This document shows positions 39,065 to 49,585 of a stretch of DNA of 64,000 bases, one piece after another. Location: the sequence record OR545507.1; one strand, 5' to 3'. Under the pieces are notes generated by a model that had not been told where the DNA came from, ran no database searches, and was given only the letters and a program-made list of their open reading frames with translations. Both the position numbers and the translations under genes were made by a program. Within the stretch, counting starts at the first letter, position 1. Each line of letters begins with the position of its first letter.

Positions 39065-39562
39065 TTAGTAGTTAATTAAAATTTGTTCTAACTTCCCAGC
39101 TAAACTTTTTTGGACATCTGATGGATACTTACTAATATAATCACGGTCTATACCAACTTTAAGGTAAGTAAAATTACCAGTTACTGTTTCAGCAAATGTT
39201 CCGGTAGTTCCTTGTTGTCTAATTAAATCCCCACCATTTGGATTTAAAATAACCATATCAGTAAATTCAAGATAATAATTACAACTTTCAGTGAATTTAA
39301 TTGGAAACCAATCATCATCAGTAGGATTACTAGCTAATGTAGCTAATACATAAATTCTACCAATAAAATTACGTAGTGTAAATGAAATAGTATGTAAACC
39401 TGTAGTACAGCCATAGTAGCCACCACTTGCGAGTGGTAACGTTTGTTCATTCCAGTGATAATCCAAGTTAGCTGGATACCAGCTATCAGATTCAGGAAAA
39501 TCTTGCCATGAACCATCTTTTGTTTTTCTTCTGAAGAGAAAGTCTTTTGATCTTAATGCCAT
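39065..39562 (-). CDS. hypothetical (probably structural) protein
   Basis: 165-aa ORF heading a late-promoter operon. Confidence 0.6.
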   Translation of the reverse strand: MALRSKDFLFRRKTKDGSWQDFPESDSWYPANLDYHWNEQTLPLASGGYYGCTTGLHTISFTLRNFIGRIYVLATLASNPTDDDWFPIKFTESCNYYLEFTDMVILNPNGGDLIRQQGTTGTFAETVTGNFTYLKVGIDRDYISKYPSDVQKSLAGKLEQILINY

Positions 39563-39594
39563 TGTTTAAGCCCTTTTAGTAGTGAACTTTCATT

Positions 39595-39636
39595 TATTTA
39601 TTAATGATAACGAAATGTATTTTGTACTGATAAATA
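39595..39636. promoter_or_regulatory. divergent late promoters (AATAAATA on minus 39595-39602; GATAAATA on plus 39629-39636)
   Basis: Both 7/8 matches lie in the 110-bp gap between divergent structural operons. Confidence 0.55.
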
Positions 39637-39672
39637 TTGGTATATGACATTAACTCATACAAGGGAAATATT

Positions 39673-40788
39673 ATGACAATTTCATTTAATGGTTCATGTA
39701 ATAACTCCGGCATCAAAAGTCTAGTTATTAATGGTGCTGGGCATTTAATTGTAACCTATGCAGATAACACAATTCAAGATTTAGGTCTTGTTGTAGGACA
39801 GAATGGCGAGAATGGTAAAAACTTTTATCCTAATGAGATTGGTTTTGAAATTCCTTCCGAACAATTTAAAGTTGGTGAACCACTTGGGTGGTGCTACTTA
39901 AGCTTGGCTAACAATACCAGTACTCTATACTTTAAATCAAATGATGCACAAGATCCGACAAGTACATGGATTAGTGTTGAGTTTGGTAAAGGTGATACGG
40001 GTGAAGCGGGTAAGCCGTTCCACATTGATAGTGCTGGAACTACTTTCCCAACAACTGGTCTTTTTAATAACTATACATTTTATAATACTCAAGATGGTAA
40101 ACTTTATTTCTATCAAAGTGTAACTGCTACTTGGAGTGATGGTATACCTTTCCGTGGTGAACAAGGTCCGCGTGGTCGTTTCCATATTGATAGCAGTGGT
40201 GATCAATTTCCAAGTATTGAAAATCTTCCAGTTGATTATTGTTTTTATAACAACACTGATGGAAAACTATATTATGTTGATGAAGTAACTACAACTACCC
40301 CTCCTTCAAAAGAGTGGAGTGATGGTATTCTATTCCGTGGTAAAGAAGGTCAGCAAGGTATTCAAGGTATACAAGGCGAACCAGGTGCACCAGGTAAAGA
40401 TACAATTTCTATTAGAAATACCATAGATAGCTCATGGACTAACGCACTATTAGTTATTGGTACATGTCCTGCTGGATATGTAGTTTCTAATATTGATGTA
40501 AACGTTATACAACCTTATTCTCTTCCAGTAACTGATATGTTTGTACGTTTTGGTGGTGAAGCACAAGAAGATATTGGCGGGACGGTAATTGCACCAACTT
40601 CCTACTTTGATATCAATCGTCAGATGCGTTTTATTGTTAATGAAACTAATCATGCAGCATCCGATGATGATGAAATTATTTCATGTGTATTCAACGATTC
40701 TGTTAACAACAGTCCTTATGGAAAAATGGAAATTATTTGTACTCTTTCATGGCAAGCTCCTATCCAACCGATTCAAGATAATATTTAA
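39673..40788 (+). CDS. collagen-like fibre protein
   Basis: Start moved to ATG 39673 (AAGGG RBS); Gly-X-Y runs (GQNGENGKN, GDTGEAGKP, GEQGPRG, GKEGQQGIQGIQGEPGAPGKD) between duplicated globular modules. Confidence 0.7.
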   Translation: MTISFNGSCNNSGIKSLVINGAGHLIVTYADNTIQDLGLVVGQNGENGKNFYPNEIGFEIPSEQFKVGEPLGWCYLSLANNTSTLYFKSNDAQDPTSTWISVEFGKGDTGEAGKPFHIDSAGTTFPTTGLFNNYTFYNTQDGKLYFYQSVTATWSDGIPFRGEQGPRGRFHIDSSGDQFPSIENLPVDYCFYNNTDGKLYYVDEVTTTTPPSKEWSDGILFRGKEGQQGIQGIQGEPGAPGKDTISIRNTIDSSWTNALLVIGTCPAGYVVSNIDVNVIQPYSLPVTDMFVRFGGEAQEDIGGTVIAPTSYFDINRQMRFIVNETNHAASDDDEIISCVFNDSVNNSPYGKMEIICTLSWQAPIQPIQDNI

Positions 40789-40802
40789 GGGAGGATGTCA
40801 TA

Positions 40803-42944
40803 ATGGCAGTATTTTCTAATTTTGAAGGAACTATGCAGCCCAAATTCATATTGGGGAAAAAAGGTGCTTCAATAAATTTTATCAATGATTCAGTTTCTAT
40901 AAAAGATTATCTAGGAGAACAGTTCCTACCACTGAAGGTAGGAACTTCATCTGACCCTAATTCAGCAGTTAACGTAAAATATCTTGAAGATAACCCTAAT
41001 GCATTATTTGGTGTTGTACCCCCTACCGATGATGTAGGAAAGAACAATAATACGTATTTTCAAATTGATGAAGATGGTATTGTTGATATTTTTGCAAAAA
41101 GTAATGGTACATGGGTAAAATCATTATACATTAATAAAAAAGTTCTATCCAGTAAAAATGGTGGCGATTTCATCGGACTTATTACTGGAGGTACAGTTCA
41201 ACAGGCCCAGTTTTATATAACACCAGAAGAATTTGGTGCTAAAGGTGATGGCGAAACTGATGACACTGCTGCTGTAAATTTATGTGCTGCTTATGCTAAA
41301 GAAAATAAAATCCAAATTCAGGCTGGTGGTAATTACCGTATCAAAACTGCAATATACCTAGAAGATGTAACTTGGTTTGGGGGAACTATTACTGGTAACG
41401 GTGGTACTATGGTATCTGTTATTAATTCCCAAATACAATTTGCAACACTTACTGGATGTTATTTAAAATTCTTCGGTGGCGATGGTAAGTTTTATTTTAA
41501 TAAATTTATAAACATCACAAGTACTGCTGCATTTTTAATGCAAGGTATGACACAACCAGGAACAATAGATTTTTGCTTTAATGAAATGACCCAATGTAAG
41601 TATGGTGTTCTTCAACAAGGTACTGGTGAGAAAATGAAGGTTGGTAGATATTCATATAACCATATTCATGATATCTATGGTGATGCAATTGAACTAAACG
41701 TAATTAACTCACATTATCCTGATGGTTTTGTGATTGAAGGAAACGTAATTGAAAACGTTGATGGTTCTAACGCTCCAATCCCACTTTCAAACTGGGGCAT
41801 TGGTATTGGCGTTGCTGGTTCTGGTCCTTATGGTTTAGATGCACCAGATACACAATATGTCAGAAACTTTGTTATTAAAAATAACAGACTATATAATGTT
41901 AGACAATGTATACACGTTGAATTAGGAATGGACTTTAAAATACTTAATAATGAAGTTTATCCATCATCTTTAGTTTCTGTTGGTACTGGATTAACCACTG
42001 CTGGTGTTATAACTTATGGTTCGAAAGAATTCATTATTGATGGGTTGACTGGTCATTTGCTTAATGATCCTTCTATCACAAATAGAATGGTTTCAATAAA
42101 CTGGGGTGTAACTTCTGGTCGTTTTGCTGGACCACCTAGAAACTTTAAAATTTCTAATCTCTATATTCCAGAGTCTTCTATACTTGTTTATACTTCCGGT
42201 TCTGATAATTGGTTAAATAATACAGAATTGAGCAATATCACTTGTTCTAAAATCCTTTGGCGTGGTTTGCCATCATCATCTAAATTTAGTGATATTAGAA
42301 CTAAAGAATTAGATGTAATTGGTCAACACCTCTCTACCGAAGGCGAAGGTGGTGGTATCTATACTCGCTCTAAATATACTTATACTAATTGGACTAACTG
42401 TGTTGTTCAAGATGATTGTAATGTTTCAAAATATAGTTTTTCTAAAATGTATGTAGACAGAATAGACCAATCATCTAATAACTTTAAAGTTACAACTGCA
42501 ATCGATGGTACAGGTCACCGTGGCCCAGTACTGATACCTGTAGTTGAGCAATATTATATTCCATACGATACTTTTCCTGGGGGACGCTATTTCTCTGAAG
42601 GCACGATTATTCATAAACAATCGGGTGGAAAATATATTGTAACTGTTGGTGGTTCTTTTTTCGGAAAATATGACACAATTAGACAAACGGTAGCAGGACA
42701 AACATACATAGAAGCATTGGGTGTGTCATGGGGTGAAAACCAATATGCAAAAGCTGCTGGTACTGAGATCATTATATCCGGTGCTGGTGAAAATGGTGGT
42801 GATTTGAGAACGTATATAACTCGTGCAGTGTATGTTGTAAACAACGTATATAGAATTGATATTGCAGATCCTATCATAACAGCAACTGCCGCTGGTGCAG
42901 CATTAAAAGCTGCCCAACCCGTAACTTACATAACCCTACCATAA
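40803..42944 (+). CDS. tailspike depolymerase, WcaM/colanidase-like beta-helix
   Basis: PEEFGAKGDGETDDTAA pectate-lyase-3 start; GDAIELNV and NWGIGIGVAG...NFVI...RQCIHVE resemble WcaM. Confidence 0.8.
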   Translation: MAVFSNFEGTMQPKFILGKKGASINFINDSVSIKDYLGEQFLPLKVGTSSDPNSAVNVKYLEDNPNALFGVVPPTDDVGKNNNTYFQIDEDGIVDIFAKSNGTWVKSLYINKKVLSSKNGGDFIGLITGGTVQQAQFYITPEEFGAKGDGETDDTAAVNLCAAYAKENKIQIQAGGNYRIKTAIYLEDVTWFGGTITGNGGTMVSVINSQIQFATLTGCYLKFFGGDGKFYFNKFINITSTAAFLMQGMTQPGTIDFCFNEMTQCKYGVLQQGTGEKMKVGRYSYNHIHDIYGDAIELNVINSHYPDGFVIEGNVIENVDGSNAPIPLSNWGIGIGVAGSGPYGLDAPDTQYVRNFVIKNNRLYNVRQCIHVELGMDFKILNNEVYPSSLVSVGTGLTTAGVITYGSKEFIIDGLTGHLLNDPSITNRMVSINWGVTSGRFAGPPRNFKISNLYIPESSILVYTSGSDNWLNNTELSNITCSKILWRGLPSSSKFSDIRTKELDVIGQHLSTEGEGGGIYTRSKYTYTNWTNCVVQDDCNVSKYSFSKMYVDRIDQSSNNFKVTTAIDGTGHRGPVLIPVVEQYYIPYDTFPGGRYFSEGTIIHKQSGGKYIVTVGGSFFGKYDTIRQTVAGQTYIEALGVSWGENQYAKAAGTEIIISGAGENGGDLRTYITRAVYVVNNVYRIDIADPIITATAAGAALKAAQPVTYITLP

Positions 42945-42960
42945 AGGAGATTATATTAAA

Positions 42961-43857
42961 ATGGCAGTTTTTTCTAATTTAGAAGGAACCATGAAGAAGT
43001 CCTTCATTCTTGGGAAGAATGGTGCACAGATTACCACAAATGGTAGTGTTGTGCAAATTCAAAACTACTCAGGAACACAACTTCTTCCAATTTCAGCAGG
43101 TGAACCAACTGCAAACACACACTTGGTTACATTGGGATATTTAAACGCACACAGTGGTGGTGGTAGTTCTGGTATCTTACGTGGAACAACAGCACCATCC
43201 GATTCGATCGGTCTAGATGGTGACGTTTACTTTTTGGTTGATAGTACTAATGTTCTTCAAATTTATATTAAAGATCTTGGTATTTGGAAACCATTTAAAG
43301 GTAGCTCACCTGGGACTGATAGCTCATATGTAACTACTGAAATAGTTCCTGTTTCTGCATTTACATTAGTGCCAGATACTACTGATCATTATACTTACAC
43401 ACTACCAGAATCAGTTCATGGTAGAGGTTCTGATATTATGATCCAACTACAAGGTGACCCAGGTAATGTTGCATTGGAATCAGTATTCCAAACCACAGTA
43501 ACAGTTAGTGGTATTGGGGATATAACAATTGATGTGATTGGTCAAATCACAGATTATGCAAGTGTTAAAGTAAACATTATAGGAGCAACAACAATGACAG
43601 TACCTTATAGTAAATTGGTAAACCAAGCAGATTGGGTTTCTAGTGATGGTGATTTTACAATCACTATTCCTGCATCTGAACACAATCAAACACCAGATAA
43701 TTTGTATATTTCAATTTATGCAAATAAAACACCTGGGAGTGTTTCGTCATCTCCATTTGAATTGGTAGTGACTGATACACAAATTAGTAGTACTGGTGAT
43801 GTAATCTTCACTTCTGATATTTCTTTCAGTGGTAAGATTGTCATCTCTGGTAAGTAA
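42961..43857 (+). CDS. virion fibre/spike-associated protein sharing its N-terminus with the tailspike
   Basis: MAVFSNLEGTMKKSFILGKNGA versus MAVFSNFEGTMQPKFILGKKGA. Confidence 0.65.
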   Translation: MAVFSNLEGTMKKSFILGKNGAQITTNGSVVQIQNYSGTQLLPISAGEPTANTHLVTLGYLNAHSGGGSSGILRGTTAPSDSIGLDGDVYFLVDSTNVLQIYIKDLGIWKPFKGSSPGTDSSYVTTEIVPVSAFTLVPDTTDHYTYTLPESVHGRGSDIMIQLQGDPGNVALESVFQTTVTVSGIGDITIDVIGQITDYASVKVNIIGATTMTVPYSKLVNQADWVSSDGDFTITIPASEHNQTPDNLYISIYANKTPGSVSSSPFELVVTDTQISSTGDVIFTSDISFSGKIVISGK

Positions 43858-43866
43858 AAAAAATTA

Positions 43867-43898
43867 ACCAGACTTGTTCTAAATAAGTCTGGTTTTTA
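43867..43898 (+). terminator. intrinsic terminator with CTAAATA in its loop
   Basis: AACCAGACTT-gttctaaat-AAGTCTGGTT then TTT. Confidence 0.75.
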
Positions 43899-43995
43899 TT
43901 ATATTTGCTTTTGTCAAATAACATATTAATTGTTGGATAACAGCATAATAAAACTAAATATATACATATTAACAAGGTTATAATGGAGGGTATAA

Positions 43996-46900
43996 ATGTA
44001 CTCAATAAAAACTGACTTAGATATTACTGGTGCTGGTACGGTTGGTAAGGATCTTTTAGTCAAAGGAAATGCTGTTTTCAACAATAACCTAACTGTAAAT
44101 GGTACTGTAACTTTTGCAAATGCAACTTTTACTGCCATTGAATCATCAACTGCCAACATTACATCTACTTTAGATGTAGGTGGCAAAGCAACACTTTCTG
44201 GTGGTCTTGGTGTTGAGGGTAATACTACAATCGGTAGTGCAGTTGTCGGGTCTGATACAGCAACAATTAATTCAAACGCTACCTTTAACGGTACTGTATC
44301 AGTTGGTTCTGATTTTACACAAACTGCTGGTACAACCACTCTACAAGCAACTAAAGTTAAAAACTTAGAAGTTGCTGAAACAACAGCATTTAAAGGTAAT
44401 ATTACTGCTGATGTTGGGACTACTGCTGCATTTGATAAAATTACTGCTAATACCGCAGAAATTACTAATGTAAGTACAACAGATATTAGTAGTACTGGTA
44501 CTGCTACATTTAACGATGTGACAATTAGTGGTACACTTGGTGGTGAGTTTAATCTATCTGACTTAAATGCAGTAACATTGAACGTTACTGGTGCATCTAA
44601 CCAACAAGGTGCAGTAACTTTCGGTGCTAACGTAACTGGTATTAACAGTACTGCTACTTTTAAAGACATTCGTATTGGTTCTAACTCTGAATCACAAACC
44701 TTCAGATTAAGCTTCCCTTACACTGCTCCTGGTAAACGCCCAACTGTTATTCTACAAAACGAAATTCAGTCCGAGCTAATGTCACCTGCAAACTTGACAG
44801 TATTGACCTCTGCTTCTTTTGGTAATGCGTCATTATCTTCTTATGGTATTACTGGTAATGGTCTAAACAAATTAGATTATCTAACAGTTTCTGGTAACAA
44901 TACACAATCACCAGACACACCACTATTAGAAGTTCAAAAAGGAAAAACTAAAGTTGCTGACTTTGAAGTAACCGGAACTGCAACTATTCCAAATATCGAA
45001 AGTACTGGTACTGCTAATTTTAATAACATTAATGTTTCTGGTCTTCTTGGTGGAACGTTCCAACTAGACGATATTAATGCAGTATCTTTGAACGTTACTG
45101 GTGTAACTTCATTAGTTGGTGGTGTTACTCTTGGTTCTAATATTACTGGTTATAACAGTACTGCATCCTTTAAAGCTATCAGCTTAGGTCAAAATAGTCA
45201 AGATGCGGCAGTGAAACTAGGTTTTGGATATACTGCACCAGGTCAACGCCCAACAGTTATTCTACCTAACGAAGTTCAATCAGAAGTCGTTTCTCCTTCT
45301 ACATTGAACGTTCTTAAAACAGCAACTTTCGGTAACGCTTCTCTTTCCACTTATGGTATTACTGGTAACGGTCTAAACAAACTAGATTACCTAACTATTA
45401 CTGGTAACGAAACACAAGCTCCAGGTACACCATTCCTACAAGTTGGTGGTAAAGCAATTCTTAATGATGTTGAATTTACTGGAACAGTAACTGGACTAAC
45501 TGTTGATGTTAGTGGGCAGGATCTAACACCTAATTCTGTTGTCGCGGCAGCAAATATTAAAGGTGCAACACTTGAAAGTACTGGTAACACTACCGTGGGT
45601 GCTAAACTAACTGTTACTGGTGATATTGCTGGTACAACTGCAACTCTTTCTGGTGCATTATCCGCTGGTTCAGTAAGTTCTGGTTCTATTACTGGTACAA
45701 CTTCTGTATCTGCACCAACAATTAGTGCATCTACTGAAGTAACGGCCCCTACTATCACTGCGAGTGGAACTGTAAGTGGGCAAACAATTAACGGTACTAA
45801 TATTAGTGCAACAACTCTGACTGCACCAACTATTAGTGGTAATACTAACTTTACAGAAAATGTTGATATTACTGGTAGCTTAACTGTTGGTTCTCTAGAC
45901 TTGAGCACTACCGATATTAATGCTAAATCAATCACTACTACTGCTGGTGCAACTATTGGTGGTGATTTAGTAGTTCAAGGCTCTTTTGATTTATCAGCAG
46001 CCGACCTTAATGTTAAATCATTAACTACTTCTGGTATTGTTAAAAGTAATGATCTTGTTAATGCTAACGTACTTCCAGTACTTAATAGTACTACCATAAC
46101 GGCAACTACTGTTAATGCTGATGATATAACTGTTACCGGATCTGCTAATTTGGGTACAATTTACTCAAGCTCATCTGTTCTAGTTGGGTCAACTTTAACT
46201 GTAACTGGTGAAACTACAACTGCATCGTTGGTTACCCCAACCATTTCAAATGCAAGTGGTGTCACTATTTCCAATAATACAAATGTAACTGGTGACCTAA
46301 CTGTTACTGGTGCAGTTATTCCAGGCTCTATCGATCTAGCAACAACTGATGTTAATGCTAAATCCATTACTACTACTGCTGGTGCAACTATTGGTGGTAA
46401 CCTAACTGTTAATGGTACAGTAGATCTTACTACGGCTGATGTTACTGTCAAATCTTTAACTAGTACTGGTGCAATTGTTAGTAATGAATCCACAATTAGT
46501 AGTGTTCTACCTAAACTTCAAAGTACTGATGCAACTATTGCAACCCTTGGTTCAACAACTGCAAATATTACTAATTTGAATGTTACTGGTGCATCTACCG
46601 TAGCTGACGTAACTTCTTCAGGTAAAGTTAAAGCAGTTTCTGTAGAAACCCCAACAATTAGTAACGTTGATGGTGTATCTATTTCCAATAATACATCTAT
46701 TACTGGTGACCTAACAGTTTCTGGTACAGTAACACCAGGTGCAATTGATTTGAGCACAACTGATGTAAGTGCAAAATCCATTACTACTACCGCTGGAGCA
46801 AATATTGGTGGAGATCTTGTTGTTTCTGGTACAGTTGATTTAAGTGGTGCTGATGTATCTGTTAAATCTCTAACAAGTACTGGTATTATTACAGTTAGTA

Positions 46901-49521
46901 GTGCAGAAGGTATCAACGTTCTACCTAAAGTTCAAAGTACTGAAGTTACAGTGTCTGCTCTAAATGCAACAAATGCAGTAGTTTCTGGTGATGTTTCAGC
47001 AGCAACAGCTTCAATCTCAGGTGCAATTACTGGTGGGTCAGCAACACTATCTGGTGTTGGAACTGCTCTAAATGTAACTAATAACGCAACTGTTGGTGGT
47101 GTACTTACTGTTGGTTCTATTACTTCAGCGGCAGAAAATGTATCCATTACTAAAAATACCGCGATTACTGGTAATTTAGCAGTATCTGGAACACTAACTG
47201 CGGGTGTTATTGATCTTAGCACAACTGATGTGTCTGTGAAGACATTAACTTCTCTAGGTGATGCAACCGTTCAAGGTAACTTAACTGTTGATGGTACTAT
47301 TAACCTAAGTTCTGCAAACATCGTCGGTGTAACACTAGAAAGTACTGGCTCCACTACCGTAGGTACTGATTTGATACTAACTACTGGTAACATTACAGGT
47401 AGTCCATCTATTTCTGGTAACTTAGGTGTAACTGGCACTACAACTTTAACTGGTGCAACAACAGTTTCAAATACATTGAATACTGCTGGTAAACTAACAG
47501 TTAATGCTGGTGGAATTCAGGTTGTTGCTGGTGGTATACAAGTTGATTCTGGAACTATTACTGCTTCTAGTGCTAATATTTCTGGTAGCTCAACACTTAA
47601 TAGTGCTACTGTAACCACTACACTAGGTGTTACTGGTGCAGCAAGTATGAATGGTGGTTTAACTGCTTCTACATTGGATGTAACAGGTGATAGTACAGTA
47701 CAAAAACTAACTGTTAAGGGTGTATTTGTTCCTGAAGGTGGTTTGGACTTATCCGGTGCTGATCTTAGTGTGAATAGCGTAACTGCGGCAACCACATTAA
47801 GTGTTACTGGTGCTAGTACTCTAACTGGTGGTGTTTCCACTTCAACTGTTACTGCATCCGGTAAGGTAACCGCACAAGAACTAAGTACTGGTACATTGGA
47901 TGTAACCACAAATGGAACTGTTGGTGGAACTTTAGGTGTAACTGGTAAAGCAACTGTTGGATCACTAGATTCAGGTGCAATCTCTGCAACATCTGGTACA
48001 TTTAGTACTACACTAGATGTGACTGGTGCAGCGACCTTTGGTAATAATGTTAACATTACTGGTACATTAACCCCAGGTGCATTGGATTTAGCTAGTACTG
48101 ATGTAGTTGCTAACAGTCTTTCTGTAGCTACAACTCTACATTCAGATGGCAACGCAACAATTGGTGGCACATTAGGCGTAACTGGTGCAGTATCTGCTCC
48201 ATCAATCGCTCTTAATGGTGAAGGTGCTGCGTTAGCAGTTACTAATAACGCAACAATTGGTGGTACATTAGGTGTAACTGGTGCTACAACTTTAGGTTCT
48301 CTAACAACCTCTGGTGCAGTTAAAACTGGTGCTGATGTTATTATCGGTACTAAAATTGGCGATCAACCAGAGACAGTTCAGATTTTCCCTAATACTTACA
48401 TTGCTGGCTCCTTGCGTGTAGATGGTGGTATCAACGCTGATATTGACGTTAGTGGTCAAACAATTGAACCTTATGCAGTTGTTGCGGCGGACACTATTAG
48501 TGCAGCGGGTAATATTACTTCTGGTGCAGAGTTGATTTCCAAATCAGCAACTATTGGTGATGTTGGTTCACAAAACAACAACTTAACAATCAATGGTAAC
48601 GTAGTTAACAACGGTAACTTTACAGTAACTGGTCTACTTAACGCAACACTAAACCAAGCAAACTCTGACGTGGCTGTTAAATCATTAACTGCAACCAACA
48701 GTGTTGCTGCTGGTACTAGTATTACCGCAGGTACAAGTATTACTGCAACTGGTCTACTAAAAGGGAACACCCTTGAAGTAACTACTACTGGTTCATTTGG
48801 TGGTGCAGTAACAATGTCAAGTGGTGCTAACATTACTGGAACCGTTGGAATTACTTCTGGTAACCTAACTGTTGGTGGTGATATTTCTGCAACAGGTACT
48901 GCAACCCTAGCAGCAACTTCAGTAACTACCATTACTACTTCTGGTGCAGCAACACTTGCTAGTGCATCTGTTACTGGAGCAGCAACAATCGGTGGTACTT
49001 TAACTGTTACTGGTTTAATGACTGCAAATGGTAGTGTTGTTTTAGGTGACGCTGCTGCTGATACATTAACTGTCAATGCAACATCTTCTTTCAAAGAAAA
49101 TGCAGTATTTGATAAAGATGTAACTGTAACTGGTCAATTAACAACTACTAATGCTGACCTAACTACTACAACAGTAACTACTAAAAAATATGATGTTATT
49201 CCTAATCAAGTAACTTCTTCTGTTATCGCACCAACTGGTACTTGGACCCCAGACGGTACTAGCAACGTATACTTTATCACTCTAGATCAAGATACCACTC
49301 TAGCACCAATCACTGGTCTAATCGGTGGTGGTAAAGCATCTTCAGTATACATTTATGTGAAACAAGATGCAACAGGTAATAGAAACTTTACTACTGATGG
49401 TACTTATGCGGTTGTTGATGGCACACTGAACAAAACTGCAAACTCTGTAACTATCTACCAAGTCATTTATGACGGTGTGAGTCCAGTAACAGATATGTTT
49501 ATTGCACAACGTACTGCTTAA
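43996..49521 (+). CDS. long tail fibre (1841 aa, Thr/Gly/Ser/Val-rich beta-repeat shaft)
   Basis: Dozens of G-x-L-T-V-x-G units, a 170-aa tandem duplication and four ~140-aa repeats; followed by a DUF4376-like chaperone gene. Confidence 0.75.
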   Translation: MYSIKTDLDITGAGTVGKDLLVKGNAVFNNNLTVNGTVTFANATFTAIESSTANITSTLDVGGKATLSGGLGVEGNTTIGSAVVGSDTATINSNATFNGTVSVGSDFTQTAGTTTLQATKVKNLEVAETTAFKGNITADVGTTAAFDKITANTAEITNVSTTDISSTGTATFNDVTISGTLGGEFNLSDLNAVTLNVTGASNQQGAVTFGANVTGINSTATFKDIRIGSNSESQTFRLSFPYTAPGKRPTVILQNEIQSELMSPANLTVLTSASFGNASLSSYGITGNGLNKLDYLTVSGNNTQSPDTPLLEVQKGKTKVADFEVTGTATIPNIESTGTANFNNINVSGLLGGTFQLDDINAVSLNVTGVTSLVGGVTLGSNITGYNSTASFKAISLGQNSQDAAVKLGFGYTAPGQRPTVILPNEVQSEVVSPSTLNVLKTATFGNASLSTYGITGNGLNKLDYLTITGNETQAPGTPFLQVGGKAILNDVEFTGTVTGLTVDVSGQDLTPNSVVAAANIKGATLESTGNTTVGAKLTVTGDIAGTTATLSGALSAGSVSSGSITGTTSVSAPTISASTEVTAPTITASGTVSGQTINGTNISATTLTAPTISGNTNFTENVDITGSLTVGSLDLSTTDINAKSITTTAGATIGGDLVVQGSFDLSAADLNVKSLTTSGIVKSNDLVNANVLPVLNSTTITATTVNADDITVTGSANLGTIYSSSSVLVGSTLTVTGETTTASLVTPTISNASGVTISNNTNVTGDLTVTGAVIPGSIDLATTDVNAKSITTTAGATIGGNLTVNGTVDLTTADVTVKSLTSTGAIVSNESTISSVLPKLQSTDATIATLGSTTANITNLNVTGASTVADVTSSGKVKAVSVETPTISNVDGVSISNNTSITGDLTVSGTVTPGAIDLSTTDVSAKSITTTAGANIGGDLVVSGTVDLSGADVSVKSLTSTGIITVSSAEGINVLPKVQSTEVTVSALNATNAVVSGDVSAATASISGAITGGSATLSGVGTALNVTNNATVGGVLTVGSITSAAENVSITKNTAITGNLAVSGTLTAGVIDLSTTDVSVKTLTSLGDATVQGNLTVDGTINLSSANIVGVTLESTGSTTVGTDLILTTGNITGSPSISGNLGVTGTTTLTGATTVSNTLNTAGKLTVNAGGIQVVAGGIQVDSGTITASSANISGSSTLNSATVTTTLGVTGAASMNGGLTASTLDVTGDSTVQKLTVKGVFVPEGGLDLSGADLSVNSVTAATTLSVTGASTLTGGVSTSTVTASGKVTAQELSTGTLDVTTNGTVGGTLGVTGKATVGSLDSGAISATSGTFSTTLDVTGAATFGNNVNITGTLTPGALDLASTDVVANSLSVATTLHSDGNATIGGTLGVTGAVSAPSIALNGEGAALAVTNNATIGGTLGVTGATTLGSLTTSGAVKTGADVIIGTKIGDQPETVQIFPNTYIAGSLRVDGGINADIDVSGQTIEPYAVVAADTISAAGNITSGAELISKSATIGDVGSQNNNLTINGNVVNNGNFTVTGLLNATLNQANSDVAVKSLTATNSVAAGTSITAGTSITATGLLKGNTLEVTTTGSFGGAVTMSSGANITGTVGITSGNLTVGGDISATGTATLAATSVTTITTSGAATLASASVTGAATIGGTLTVTGLMTANGSVVLGDAAADTLTVNATSSFKENAVFDKDVTVTGQLTTTNADLTTTTVTTKKYDVIPNQVTSSVIAPTGTWTPDGTSNVYFITLDQDTTLAPITGLIGGGKASSVYIYVKQDATGNRNFTTDGTYAVVDGTLNKTANSVTIYQVIYDGVSPVTDMFIAQRTA
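44480..45500 (+). repeat. tandem 510-bp (170-aa) intragenic duplication
   Basis: TTATGGTATTACTGGTAA at 44841 and 45351; YTAPG[KQ]RPTVIL.NE.QSE in both copies. Confidence 0.8.
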
Positions 49522-49585
49522 TAATTATAATAATAAAGGTGTCACTCATTTTGGGTGACACCATCATAACAAGTGAGGTAGTTAT

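Noticed and set aside
44480-47400. CRISPR-like or non-coding repeat array
   Set aside because: Repeats are degenerate, in frame and protein-level; no identical repeats with unique spacers anywhere in the window
43926-49094. Series of long minus-strand ORFs (up to 247 aa) opposite the long fibre
   Set aside because: Shadow frames produced by Thr/Gly/Val/Ser codon repetition; no RBS or promoter, and translations mirror the sense repeats
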